A stretch of 44,817 nucleotides of DNA from an uncultured Piscirickettsiaceae bacterium (GTDB lineage: Bacteria > Pseudomonadota > Gammaproteobacteria > GCF-002020875), in NCBI GenBank assembly GCA_964647745.1, contig CAZYJG010000001.1, forward strand, positions 1 through 44,817. Reading direction: 5' to 3'. The notes below the pieces were generated by a model that saw only the letters and a list, made by a program, of their open reading frames with translations, did not search any database and had not been told where the DNA came from. Below are positions 18,884 to 28,485 of the stretch, in pieces (within the stretch, counting starts at the first letter, position 1; each line of letters begins with the position of its first letter). A program made the position numbers and the translations under genes.

Positions 18884-19322
18884 CCGTGAGCTCTGGAACC
18901 AGGCACTGCGTCTGTTGGCGCGTCGTGAACACTCCATCCTGGAGTTGAGACAGAAGTTGCAGAAAAAGGGATTTGATCGGGAGCTGATCGACCCACTGCT
19001 GAAGCGTCTCGTTGAGGAGGATTGGCTCAATGAGCGTCGCTTCTCCGAGAGCTTTACACGCTCCCGGGTAGAGAGGGGGCTGGGGCCGTACCGCATTCGC
19101 AGGGAGCTGCAGGAGCGGGGGGTTGCAGTGCATGAGATTGAGCAGGCGATGGCACCGTTTGAGGGTGGCTGGGTTGAGCGCGCCATTGCAGTAAGAGAGA
19201 AAAAATTTGGTATGGAGCCGGTTGAGGATTTTCGTGAGCAAGCAAGACAGCAGCGCTTTCTTCAATATCGTGGGTTTACCCATGAGCAGGTTCGAACCGC
19301 TGTGGAAACGATTTTGAGTTAA
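18867..19322 (+). CDS. recX: Regulatory protein RecX
   Basis: [24 protein letters not shown] and repeated helical modules, immediately after recA. Start chosen is ATG 18867 (18858 also possible), overlapping the recA 3' end. Confidence 0.85.
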   Translation: MTAEGSRELWNQALRLLARREHSILELRQKLQKKGFDRELIDPLLKRLVEEDWLNERRFSESFTRSRVERGLGPYRIRRELQERGVAVHEIEQAMAPFEGGWVERAIAVREKKFGMEPVEDFREQARQQRFLQYRGFTHEQVRTAVETILS

Positions 19323-19334
19323 TACGATACAACC

Positions 19335-21941
19335 ATGAAAAGTAGTGAGATCAGAAAGGCATTCCTGGGGTTCTTTGAACAGCATGGACATGAGGTGGTT
19401 GAGAGCAGCCCGTTGGTTCCGGCCAACGATCCAACGCTCCTCTTTACCAATGCGGGCATGGTGCAGTTCAAGGATGTTTTTCTCGGACAAGAGAGGCGCA
19501 ATTACAGTCGTGCGACCACGGTACAGCGCTGTCTGCGTGCCGGTGGAAAGCACAATGACCTGGAGAATGTCGGTTATACGGCACGTCACCACACCTTTTT
19601 CGAGATGCTCGGCAACTTCAGCTTTGGAGACTACTTCAAGCGTGAGGCGATCCAGTATGCATGGGACTTTCTGACCAACACCCTGGGGCTGCCGGAGGAG
19701 AGGCTCTGGGTCACCGTCTATGAGGAGGACCCGGAGGCGGAGGGGATCTGGCTCAAGGAGATGGGGGTCTCTGCTGAGCGTTTCTCACGCTGCGGTGCCA
19801 AGGACAATTTCTGGTCGATGGGGGATACCGGCCCCTGTGGCCCCTGTTCCGAGATCTTCTACGATCATGGAGAGGAGATTCCAGGCGGTCCGCCCGGCTC
19901 ACCGGATGAGGATGGGGACCGCTATATCGAGATCTGGAACCTGGTCTTCATGCAGTATGACCGTGATGCCGAGGGCAACCTCAACCCACTGCCACACCCC
20001 TCCGTGGATACCGGCATGGGGCTGGAGCGGTTGGCTGCAATCCTGCAGGGAGGCCACAGCAACTATGATATCGACCTGTTTCAGAACCTGATGCGGGCCG
20101 TTGCCACGGCAACAAACAGTGGTGACCACAACCACACATCGGTAAAGGTGATTGCTGACCATATCCGCTCCTGTGCCTTTCTTGCAGTGGATGGGGTGGT
20201 CCCCTCCAACGAGGGGCGTGGCTATGTGATGCGCAGGATCATCCGTCGCGCCATCCGTCATGGATACAAGCTGGGACAGAGCCAACCCTTCTTCCACAAG
20301 CTGGTAGCACCACTGGTTGCCGAGATGGGGGAGGCCTATCCGGAGCTGCCAGCTGCAGGGCAGCAGGTAGAGCGGGTACTGCTGAAAGAGGAGGAGCGCT
20401 TTGCCGAGACCCTGGAGCAGGGAATGCGCATTCTTGAGGAGAGCATCGCCGGGCTTGAGGGGGGTGAGATTCCCGGAGAGACCATCTTCAAGCTCTATGA
20501 CACCTACGGCTTCCCGGTCGACCTGACAGGTGACATTGCGCGTGAGCGTGATCTGACACTCGATCTGGAAGGCTATGAGGAGGCGATGGCGCAACAGCGT
20601 GACCGTGCCCGCTCCGCCAGCAGTTTCAAGAGTGTGCAGGCAGAGGGGGTGGAGGTTGAGGGAGAGACCGAGTTCACTGGATATGAACAGCTGGAGGACC
20701 GCTCCAGTGTGGTTGCATTATTCAGCAATGGGGAGCCTGTAGAGAGTCTGGAGGAGGGGGATGAGGGGATGGTTGTACTGGAACGCACCCCCTTCTATGC
20801 GGAGTCTGGTGGACAGGCGGGAGACCTAGGTATTCTGCAGGGGGAGGGGCTCGCCTACTTTGAGGTGGAGGATACCCAGAAGCAGCCCTCCGGGGCCATT
20901 CTCCATATCGGCCATGTTGGTGTTGGATCCATTGTAGTGGGCGACTCGATTGAGCCCAGGGTGGATTCTCATGAACGCAAGGCCACAGCGCGCAACCACT
21001 CTGCAACCCATCTGGCGCATGCTGCTCTGAGGAGGGTGCTGGGTGACCATGTGCGGCAGAAGGGTTCACTGGTGAACGGTTCGCGGCTGCGCTTTGACTT
21101 TGCCCACTTTGAACCGATGAGTGAGTCAGAGATTCGTGAAGTGGAGCGGCTGGTCAATGAGCAGATTCTTGCAAGCTATCCGGTTGAGAGTCGGGTCATG
21201 ACCCTTGATGATGCACGTGCATCCGGCGCCATGGCGCTGTTTGGTGAGAAGTATGGGGATGAGGTGCGTGTGGTGGGGATGGATACCTTCTCCACGGAGC
21301 TCTGTGGGGGCACCCATATCACCTCAACCGGAGAGATCGGACTCTTCCGTATCACCTCCGAGAGCGGGATTGCGGCTGGGGTCCGGAGAATCGAGGGGCT
21401 TACCGGAGAGGGTGCACTGGAGTATCTGGAGTCCGGTGAGAAGACACTGCAGCAGCTCTCTTCCCTGGTCAAGGGGAGTCGGGAGAGTGTTGCAGAGAAG
21501 GTTCAGGCGCTGGTGGAGCTAAACCGAAAGCTGGAGAAGGAGCTGGAGCGGATGAAGTCGAAGCTCGCCAACGCCTCATCATCCGATATGGTCTCGGCAG
21601 CGCTGGAGGTTGACGGGGTGAAGATCCTGACCGCCCATCTTGAGGGCGCCGATGTGAAGACCCTGCGCTCCACCATGGACCAGCTCAAGGACAAGCTGGG
21701 GACTGCAGCAATCCTGCTGGCAACGGCCAGTGAGGGGAAGGTGGTTCTGGTGGCCGGTGTCACAAAGGACGCAACAGACCGCATCAAGGCGGGGGAGATG
21801 ATTCGTCATGCTGCCCCACTGGTGGGTGGAAAGGGTGGAGGACGTCCCGACATGGCCCAGGGGGGAGGCAGCAACCCGGATGGAATTCCACAGGCGATAG
21901 AGTCGGCACGTGAGTGGGCACAACAGACTCTGCAACAGTAA
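19335..21941 (+). CDS. alaS: Alanine--tRNA ligase
   Basis: 868 aa. [24 protein letters not shown], the editing-domain HSATHL...CGGTH, and a C-terminal DHHA1-like domain are present. Confidence 0.98.
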   Translation: MKSSEIRKAFLGFFEQHGHEVVESSPLVPANDPTLLFTNAGMVQFKDVFLGQERRNYSRATTVQRCLRAGGKHNDLENVGYTARHHTFFEMLGNFSFGDYFKREAIQYAWDFLTNTLGLPEERLWVTVYEEDPEAEGIWLKEMGVSAERFSRCGAKDNFWSMGDTGPCGPCSEIFYDHGEEIPGGPPGSPDEDGDRYIEIWNLVFMQYDRDAEGNLNPLPHPSVDTGMGLERLAAILQGGHSNYDIDLFQNLMRAVATATNSGDHNHTSVKVIADHIRSCAFLAVDGVVPSNEGRGYVMRRIIRRAIRHGYKLGQSQPFFHKLVAPLVAEMGEAYPELPAAGQQVERVLLKEEERFAETLEQGMRILEESIAGLEGGEIPGETIFKLYDTYGFPVDLTGDIARERDLTLDLEGYEEAMAQQRDRARSASSFKSVQAEGVEVEGETEFTGYEQLEDRSSVVALFSNGEPVESLEEGDEGMVVLERTPFYAESGGQAGDLGILQGEGLAYFEVEDTQKQPSGAILHIGHVGVGSIVVGDSIEPRVDSHERKATARNHSATHLAHAALRRVLGDHVRQKGSLVNGSRLRFDFAHFEPMSESEIREVERLVNEQILASYPVESRVMTLDDARASGAMALFGEKYGDEVRVVGMDTFSTELCGGTHITSTGEIGLFRITSESGIAAGVRRIEGLTGEGALEYLESGEKTLQQLSSLVKGSRESVAEKVQALVELNRKLEKELERMKSKLANASSSDMVSAALEVDGVKILTAHLEGADVKTLRSTMDQLKDKLGTAAILLATASEGKVVLVAGVTKDATDRIKAGEMIRHAAPLVGGKGGGRPDMAQGGGSNPDGIPQAIESAREWAQQTLQQ

Positions 21942-21963
21942 ACAGAAACAGCAGTAATAGAGA

Positions 21964-23193
21964 ATGGCACTGATTGTACAAAAATATGGCGGCACCTCTG
22001 TCGGTACGGTAGAGCGAATCGAGGCGGTAGCCGACAAGGTGAAGGAGTGGCGTGACCGTGGCAACCAGATGGTGGTTGTGGTCTCGGCCATGAGTGGTGA
22101 GACCAACCGAATTGTTGGTCTTGCAAAGGAGATTGATCCCAACCCAACACCGCGTGAGCTCGATGTGGCGATGGCAACCGGAGAGCAGGTGACCATTGCG
22201 CTGTTGACCATCGCACTGGAGAAGCGTGGTGTTCCGGCGCGCTCCTATACCGGCCCCCAGGTGCAGATTTTGACCGACAGTGCCCACAACAAGGCACGTA
22301 TCCTCGATATTGATGCACAGCGGGTTCAGGATGATCTGGAGGCGGGGCGGGTCATTGTTGTGGCCGGTTTTCAGGGAACCGATGAGCAGGGAAACATCAC
22401 CACCCTTGGGCGAGGGGGATCGGATACCTCTGCTGTTGCGATCGCCGCCGCTGTACAGGCGGATGAGTGCCAGATCTACACCGATGTGGATGGTGTCTAC
22501 ACTACCGATCCCAGGGTGGTGCCCAATGCGCGGCGCATGGAGCGCATCACCTTTGAGGAGATGCTGGAGATGGCCAGCCTCGGATCCAAGGTATTGCAGA
22601 TCCGTGCAGTGGAGTTTGCAGGAAAATACAACGTCCCGCTTCGGGTACTCTCCAGTTTTGAGGAGGGGCCGGGGACACTGATTACTTTTGAGGAAGAAGG
22701 AATGGAACAGCCCGTTATCTCAGGAATTGCCTTTCAGCGTGATGAAGCAAAGTTGACCGTACGTGGCGTGCCCGACAAGCCGGGTGTTGCCTGCAAGATC
22801 CTGGTTGCCGTTGCCGACAGGAATATCGAGGTCGACATGATTGTCCAGAATATCTCCAAGGATGGCACCACGGACTTCACCTTTACCGTCCACCGAAACG
22901 ACTATCAACAGGCCCTGGAGGCCCTTGAGGAGATTGGAGACGAGCTGGGGGCACGTGAGATTGAGGGGGATCAGAATATCGTCAAGGTCTCCCTGGTGGG
23001 TGTGGGGATGCGCTCCCATGCCGGAATTGCGAGCCAGATGTTCGAGTCACTGGCGAAAGAGGGGGTCAATATCCAGATGATCTCCACCTCCGAGATCAAG
23101 ATCTCGGTCATCATCGATGAGAAGTATCTGGAGCTGGCGGTCCGTGCACTCCATGACTCCTTTGATCTCGATGCCGAGCCTGAGAAGAGTTGA
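21964..23193 (+). CDS. lysC: Aspartate kinase (monofunctional, with ACT domains)
   Basis: MALIVQKYGGTSVG..., VVVVSAMSGETN and LGRGGSDTSAVA, with two C-terminal ACT-like repeats. Only 22 nt separate it from alaS. Confidence 0.95.
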   Translation: MALIVQKYGGTSVGTVERIEAVADKVKEWRDRGNQMVVVVSAMSGETNRIVGLAKEIDPNPTPRELDVAMATGEQVTIALLTIALEKRGVPARSYTGPQVQILTDSAHNKARILDIDAQRVQDDLEAGRVIVVAGFQGTDEQGNITTLGRGGSDTSAVAIAAAVQADECQIYTDVDGVYTTDPRVVPNARRMERITFEEMLEMASLGSKVLQIRAVEFAGKYNVPLRVLSSFEEGPGTLITFEEEGMEQPVISGIAFQRDEAKLTVRGVPDKPGVACKILVAVADRNIEVDMIVQNISKDGTTDFTFTVHRNDYQQALEALEEIGDELGAREIEGDQNIVKVSLVGVGMRSHAGIASQMFESLAKEGVNIQMISTSEIKISVIIDEKYLELAVRALHDSFDLDAEPEKS

Positions 23194-23328
23194 GAGCCTT
23201 GCAGAGAGGATTTGAATTTTACCGCAGAGTGAAATTCTAATGTTCTAGCAATTATTTGATTGACCGGTATACTCGACCCTGTCAACGGCAAGAAGCCGTT
23301 GAAGAGATAATAATAAATGGAGAGAGGG

Positions 23329-23523
23329 ATGCTGATACTGACAAGGCGAGTCGGAGAGACGGTTAGGATCGGGGATGATGTATCCATAACCGTGCTGGGG
23401 GTAAAGGGCAATCAGGTGCGTATCGGTATTGATGCGCCACGAGAGATTGCAGTCCATCGCGAGGAGATCTACCAGAGGATCATCAGCGAGGAGAGTGAGG
23501 AAAGCGAAGAGTACATCTCCTGA
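23329..23523 (+). CDS. csrA: Carbon storage regulator CsrA/RsmA
   Basis: [48 protein letters not shown] is present. ATG 23329 (GGAGAGAGGG Shine-Dalgarno) is preferred over the ORF-track start at 23317. Confidence 0.96.
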   Translation: MLILTRRVGETVRIGDDVSITVLGVKGNQVRIGIDAPREIAVHREEIYQRIISEESEESEEYIS

Positions 23524-23646
23524 AACCCGATAAAAAACTGCTCCGTTACCTTTACCTGATGCCTGCGTAAAGGTATCCTTTGCGCCGTTCTTGAGGCGTG
23601 GGTTATTCCGTTTCCCAACATTCGAGAAATTCACAATTTTTCTACT

Positions 23647-23739
23647 GGAGAAGTGGCCGAGAGGCTGAAGGCGCTCCCCTGCTAAGGGAGTATGGGGTTA
23701 ATAGCTCCATCGAGGGTTCGAATCCCTCCTTCTCCGCCA
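23647..23739 (+). tRNA. tRNA-Ser (anticodon GCU), type II with long variable arm, CCA encoded
   Basis: Hand-folded: acceptor GGAGAAG/CTTCTCC, anticodon stem CTCCC/GGGAG with loop CT-GCT-AA, long variable arm, T-arm GAGGG-TTCGAAT-CCCTC, discriminator G plus CCA. Confidence 0.93.
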
Positions 23740-23935
23740 TATTTTCCCTTTAAAATCGACGACATAGCAAGACCTGCTGTCTAAGGATAAGGCTGAATTA
23801 GGCCTGGTTTTGGCTCAGTTAGACAACATTTAGACGGCGTCGGTCGTCGAATTTTTCGACTGCTTTCATGCCTGCGTCCGGGGAGTCGGCCGGGATGAAA
23901 CGCGCATAAGCGCCCACCACTTTGTTAGATGGTTG

Positions 23936-25312
23936 TTATCGATTCAACATCCATACAGAGAACTTTCGTCCCTTTATCTTTCCTCTTTTGAGTTGAGCGC
24001 AGGCCTTCTCAGCCATGTTGTGACTAATGGCAACGTAGCTCTGGCGGTCATGGATATCAATTTTTCCGACCTCTTTTCCTGCAATTCCAGCATCTCCAGT
24101 AAGTGCGCCCAGGATGTCACCAGGCCGCACCTTGTCTCTCTTTCCACCCTCAATTACCAGTGTGAGATTTTTTGGTGTCAGGGCGGAGAGGTCATTGCTG
24201 GTTAACGTATTGCCGTTTTCAAACAGCCGGATATTGTTGTTGTAGGCGTCAGCTTTTACCGCCTCGGCATGCGTAAAGAGTGTAGCGGCCACTCCCTCTT
24301 TGCCGGCACGACCGGTTCGCCCAATACGGTGGGTGTAGGTCTCTTCATCATGGGGTATATCGTAGTTCACCACCATCCCAAGCTCCTTGATATCCAGTCC
24401 TCTTGCAGCCACATCGGTTGCGACAAGAATGGGGCAGCTGTGGTTTGAAAACTGCACCAGTACGTCACTGCGTTGATACTGCTCCAGGTCTCCATGCAGT
24501 GCCAGTGCATTTGCCCCTCTCTTCTGTAGCTCTCGGGCAATAGTTCGAGCCTCTGCTTTTGTGTTGCTGAAGATAATGACATTCTCAGGCTTATGGTGGG
24601 CCAGTAGTTTGATCAGGGTGGAGAGCTTGTCATTTGGGGAGACTTCGTAGAAATATTCCGTGATCTTATTGCTGCTCTCGCTGGAGATGGTCTCGATGTG
24701 GAGTGGGTCTTTCTGTATAGAGCTGCTTAGCTCCAGAATTTCCTCAGGATAGGTTGCCGAGAAGAGCAGGGTTTGACGTTTATTGGGGGTGAGGGAGATG
24801 ATCTTGCTGATCTCCTCGATAAAGCCCATATCCAGCATGCGGTCCGCCTCATCCAGGACCAGTGACTCCAGAGCGTCCAGTGAGAGGGAGTGTTTCTCAA
24901 GGTGTTTGACTGTTCGTCCCGGTGTTCCGACAACAATATGGGCACCGTGACGCAGGGATCCCAGTTGCGGTCCAAATGGCACTCCACCAGAAAGTGTCAA
25001 TATCTTGATGTTATCGGTGAGTCGGGCCAGACGGCGCAACTCCTTTGCTACCTGGTCTGCCAGTTCCCGTGTTGGGCAGAGAATAAGGGATTGCACCCTG
25101 AACTTTTTCTTATTCAATCTATTCAGCAGGCCGATGCCAAATGCTGCGGTCTTTCCACTCCCCGTTTTTGCCTGCACGATGAGGTCATGACCCTTCAGTA
25201 TCTGTGGAAGGCTCTGGGCCTGTACAGGGGTCATCTCTCTCAATCCGAGCTCATTTAGGTTGTGCAACATCGCTTCGGGGAGGGGGAGTGTAGAGAAATT
25301 GGTTTTGTTCAT
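23936..25312 (-). CDS. dbpA: ATP-dependent RNA helicase DbpA (DEAD-box with C-terminal 23S rRNA-binding domain)
   Basis: FSTLPLPEAMLHNLNELG...TPVQ (Q motif), AKTGSGKT, DEAD, SAT, HRIGRTGRAG, and the DbpA-type C-terminus GKIDIHDRQSYVAI. Start chosen is ATG 25312, giving 458 aa. Confidence 0.93.
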   Translation of the reverse strand: MNKTNFSTLPLPEAMLHNLNELGLREMTPVQAQSLPQILKGHDLIVQAKTGSGKTAAFGIGLLNRLNKKKFRVQSLILCPTRELADQVAKELRRLARLTDNIKILTLSGGVPFGPQLGSLRHGAHIVVGTPGRTVKHLEKHSLSLDALESLVLDEADRMLDMGFIEEISKIISLTPNKRQTLLFSATYPEEILELSSSIQKDPLHIETISSESSNKITEYFYEVSPNDKLSTLIKLLAHHKPENVIIFSNTKAEARTIARELQKRGANALALHGDLEQYQRSDVLVQFSNHSCPILVATDVAARGLDIKELGMVVNYDIPHDEETYTHRIGRTGRAGKEGVAATLFTHAEAVKADAYNNNIRLFENGNTLTSNDLSALTPKNLTLVIEGGKRDKVRPGDILGALTGDAGIAGKEVGKIDIHDRQSYVAISHNMAEKACAQLKRGKIKGRKFSVWMLNR

Positions 25313-25328
25313 GGTGTAGACTTGCGGT

Positions 25329-25790
25329 ATGAAGATATGGGTAGATGCGGATGCGTGTCCTGTGGTGATCAAGGATATCCTGTTTCGGGCGGCAGAGCGC
25401 ACAAAACTGGAGCTGACACTGGTGGCGAATCAGCCTATACGGATACCACGCTCACCACAGATCAGTTTTCTCCATGTCTCTTCCGGTTTTGACGTTGCAG
25501 ACAATGAGATTGTCAGGAGGATGAATGCAGGCGATCTGGTAATTACCGGCGACATTCCACTGGCTGCGGATGCGATCGAGAAGGGAGGGCAGGCACTCAG
25601 TCCACGCGGTGAACTCTATACCACCAGCAACATCAAGGCTCGACTTGGGATGCGGGACTTTATGGATACCTTGCGCGCAAGCGGGGTTGATACAGGTGGG
25701 CCGTCATCACTTAACCATAATGACCGCCAGGCTTTTGCCAATCAGTTGGATAAGATACTTACCAGATCACTGCGGCAGCGCAAGCAGTAA
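25329..25790 (+). CDS. yaiI: YaiI/YqxD family protein (UPF0178/DUF188), function unknown
   Basis: [24 protein letters not shown]... is the family-typical N-terminus. 153 aa. Confidence 0.85.
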   Translation: MKIWVDADACPVVIKDILFRAAERTKLELTLVANQPIRIPRSPQISFLHVSSGFDVADNEIVRRMNAGDLVITGDIPLAADAIEKGGQALSPRGELYTTSNIKARLGMRDFMDTLRASGVDTGGPSSLNHNDRQAFANQLDKILTRSLRQRKQ

Positions 25791-25921
25791 CCATCAGGCT
25801 ATTGGTTATTCACCATCTAGGCGATGGAATGTGGTTTCTTTGCAATCTGTACAGATAGTCCTTTGAGTTGATCCTCGATCAGGGGTCCTCCATATGCTGT
25901 TTTGACTGTAGAATAGCCTGC

Positions 25922-26677
25922 ATGCAGCAAACGACCCTGTCTCGCCACTTGTCACTCTCTCTGTTGCTGATTCTCCTGAGCGGATCAGTGGCAGCGGACG
26001 AGATCCGTGTTGCCGTAGCCAGCAACTTCAGTGATGCCATCAAGGTGCTCTCGAACCGTTTCGAGGAGAAGACGGGCCACAGGGTGAAACTGATTACTGG
26101 CTCTACCGGAAAGCATTATGCGCAGATCATCAATGGTGCCCCCTTTGATCTCTTCTTCGCTGCCGATAGCGATAGGCCAAAACGGCTGGAGGAGGAGGGG
26201 GTTGCCCGTCCGGGGAGCCGGTTCACCTATGCTGTCGGGAGGGTGGTGCTCTGGAGCCCCAGGGCCGGTTATGTTGACCCTGATGGAGAGATCCTCAAGG
26301 CTGGTGATTTTCGTTACCTGGCCATTGCCAACCCTAAGCTGGCCCCCTATGGCGTGGCGGCGAGGCAGGTGTTGGAGAGACAGGGGAGATGGGGCGCTCT
26401 GAGGGGGAGAATGGTGCGTGGTGAAAACATCGGACAGACCTTTCAGTTTGTGAGGAGTGGCAATGCGGCGCTTGGGTTTGTGGCACTCTCCCAGATCAGT
26501 AACCCAGAGCGCCCACTGGGGGGGTCACTCTGGGTGGTGCCACACGCTCTCTACTCCCCGATTGAGCAGCAGGCGGTACAACTGAGTCAGAGCAGTGTGG
26601 CCGGGGAGTTCCTCTCTTTTATCAAGAGTGGAGAGTCTCTGGAGATTATCCGCAGGTTTGGATATGGTAGCCCGTGA
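25922..26677 (+). CDS. modA: Molybdate ABC transporter periplasmic binding protein ModA
   Basis: Signal peptide MQQTTLSRHLSLSLLLILLSGSVAA, then DEIRVAVASNF...LITGSTGKHYAQIINGAPFDLFFAAD, followed by modB and modC. I chose the ATG at 25922 over the ORF-track TTG at 25868. Confidence 0.9.
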   Translation: MQQTTLSRHLSLSLLLILLSGSVAADEIRVAVASNFSDAIKVLSNRFEEKTGHRVKLITGSTGKHYAQIINGAPFDLFFAADSDRPKRLEEEGVARPGSRFTYAVGRVVLWSPRAGYVDPDGEILKAGDFRYLAIANPKLAPYGVAARQVLERQGRWGALRGRMVRGENIGQTFQFVRSGNAALGFVALSQISNPERPLGGSLWVVPHALYSPIEQQAVQLSQSSVAGEFLSFIKSGESLEIIRRFGYGSP

Positions 26678-27357
26678 TGTTGAATGAATCCGACCTTGCT
26701 GCACTGGCTGTCACCCTGAAACTTGCAGGCGTGAGTACCCTGATCCTGCTCCTGCTGGGCACCCCGCTGGCCTGGTGGATGGCGCGTACCCGCTGGCGCT
26801 TCAAGGTTTTGCTGGAGGCAGTGGTTGCGCTGCCGCTGGTCTTGCCACCCACGGTACTTGGTTTCTATCTCCTGGTTGCACTGGGGCCGCATGGCCCGGT
26901 GGGCGGAGTGATGGAGTGGCTCGGTGGACAGCCGCTGGCCTTCACCTTTGCAGGGTTGGTGATTGGCTCGGTAATCTACTCGATGCCGTTTGTGGTACAG
27001 CCACTGCAGAATGCCTTTGTTGCCATTGGTGAACGCCCACTGGAGGTGGCGGCAACGCTGAGGGCCTCACCACTGGACCGCTTCTTCACCGTGGTGGTGC
27101 CACTGGCCCGTTCCGGATTTCTGACCGCAATCGTGTTGGGGTTTGCCCATACGGTGGGGGAGTTTGGGGTGGTGCTTATGATTGGCGGTAATATTCCCGG
27201 TGAGACCCAGGTCCTCTCCATCGCCATCTATGATCATGTGGAGGTGCTGGAGTATGGCCATGCCCACTGGCTCTCGGGTGGATTGTTGCTGCTCTCCTTC
27301 CTGATGCTGGTTGCAGTCTACACCTTCAATCGTCGCTTCTCGGTTGTCCAGCCATGA
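26674..27357 (+). CDS. modB: Molybdate ABC transporter permease ModB
   Basis: 227-aa polytopic protein with an EAA-like loop (AATLRASPLDRFFTVVVPLA). Overlaps the modA stop; start is GTG 26674 or ATG 26677. Confidence 0.92.
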   Translation: MMLNESDLAALAVTLKLAGVSTLILLLLGTPLAWWMARTRWRFKVLLEAVVALPLVLPPTVLGFYLLVALGPHGPVGGVMEWLGGQPLAFTFAGLVIGSVIYSMPFVVQPLQNAFVAIGERPLEVAATLRASPLDRFFTVVVPLARSGFLTAIVLGFAHTVGEFGVVLMIGGNIPGETQVLSIAIYDHVEVLEYGHAHWLSGGLLLLSFLMLVAVYTFNRRFSVVQP

Positions 27358-28421
27358 CCATTGAGGCCCGTTTCAGGATCAGCAGGCAGGAGTTTGTCCT
27401 GGATGTCGATCTGAATCTGCCTGCTCGTGGCGTAACTGCACTCTTCGGCTGTTCTGGCTGTGGCAAGACCACACTGTTGCGGGCCATTGCCGGACTGGAG
27501 CAGGATGCCAATGGCTATCTGCGTGTGGGTGAACAGGTGTGGCAGGATGGAGATCAATCTGTTCCAACGCACAAGCGCCCATTGGGCTACGTGTTTCAGG
27601 AGGCGAGCCTCTTCGCCCACCTCAATGTGCGGCAGAATCTCGAGTATGGCACTAAACGGGTTCCAGAGACCGAGCGCAGGGTCTCGATGGAGCGGGCCAT
27701 TGATCTGCTGGGAATTGCGCCTCTTCTGTCGCGCAGAACCGATCAGCTCTCCGGTGGAGAGCGGCAGCGGGTGGCGATAGCCCGTGCACTGGCGATCAGT
27801 CCACGAATCCTGCTGATGGATGAGCCGCTGTCAGGGCTGGACCACAACAGAAAACGGGAGATTATGCCCTATCTGGAGTCGCTCCATGATGAGCTCGATA
27901 TCCCGGTGATCTATGTCAGCCACTCCCCTGATGAGGTGGCGCGTCTTGCTGACCAGCTGGTACTGCTGGAGCAGGGGCAGGTGGCGGGTGTCGGACCCAT
28001 CGGTGAGATGCTGACACGCACCGATCTGCCTCTTGCACATGGTGATGATGCAGCGGCACTGATTCAGGCCAGGGTGGCTGGACATGACGACAGGTTTGAT
28101 CTGACCTATATCGATTTCCCGGGCGGAAAGTTTACCGTTGCCCACAGGGCGTTGCCTCTGGGCAATCCGGTACGACTCAGGGTTGCAGCCCGCGATGTTA
28201 GCCTGACGCAAGAACACCAGAGTGGAACCAGTATTCTCAATATCTTCCCTGCGGTGGTTGATGAGATCACCCTGGAGGGGAGTGCACAGGTGATGGTACG
28301 GTTGCTGGCCAACGAGGTACCGCTGCTCTCGCGGATCACCAGAAAATCGGCAGAGCTGCTCGCCCTTGAGCCCGGAAAGCAGCTGTTTGCCCAGGTCAAG
28401 AGTGTGGCGCTGCTCTCATGA
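27354..28421 (+). CDS. modC: Molybdate ABC transporter ATP-binding protein ModC (with C-terminal TOBE/Mop-like domain)
   Basis: Walker A GCSGCGKTT, signature LSGGERQRVAIARAL, Walker B LLMDEP, and a roughly 120-aa C-terminal extension typical of ModC. ATGA overlap with modB. Confidence 0.93.
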   Translation: MTIEARFRISRQEFVLDVDLNLPARGVTALFGCSGCGKTTLLRAIAGLEQDANGYLRVGEQVWQDGDQSVPTHKRPLGYVFQEASLFAHLNVRQNLEYGTKRVPETERRVSMERAIDLLGIAPLLSRRTDQLSGGERQRVAIARALAISPRILLMDEPLSGLDHNRKREIMPYLESLHDELDIPVIYVSHSPDEVARLADQLVLLEQGQVAGVGPIGEMLTRTDLPLAHGDDAAALIQARVAGHDDRFDLTYIDFPGGKFTVAHRALPLGNPVRLRVAARDVSLTQEHQSGTSILNIFPAVVDEITLEGSAQVMVRLLANEVPLLSRITRKSAELLALEPGKQLFAQVKSVALLS

Positions 28422-28485
28422 TTGTGATTTGATCATGCAGACAGCCGCAGATCAGAGCTACCAACACATTTGGAACAGTTAATAG

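Noticed and set aside
21942-21963. Lysine riboswitch (L-box) or leader upstream of lysC.
   Set aside because: Only 22 nt separate alaS and lysC, which is no room for a riboswitch of roughly 180 nt. lysC appears co-transcribed with alaS.
23740-23935. CsrB/RsmY-like CsrA-sponge sRNA next to csrA, and a genomic island at tRNA-Ser.
   Set aside because: The spacer has only one GGA and a couple of AGG motifs, versus the many loop-exposed GGA repeats of Csr sponges. No integrase, transposase or duplicated tRNA 3'-end (att) sequence was seen by eye downstream. Only the weaker compositional observation was kept.
25791-25921. Molybdenum-cofactor (Moco) riboswitch upstream of modA.
   Set aside because: I could not identify the conserved Moco-motif helices or sequence blocks by eye, and the region is short (131 nt). 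This cannot be supported without a covariance-model search.
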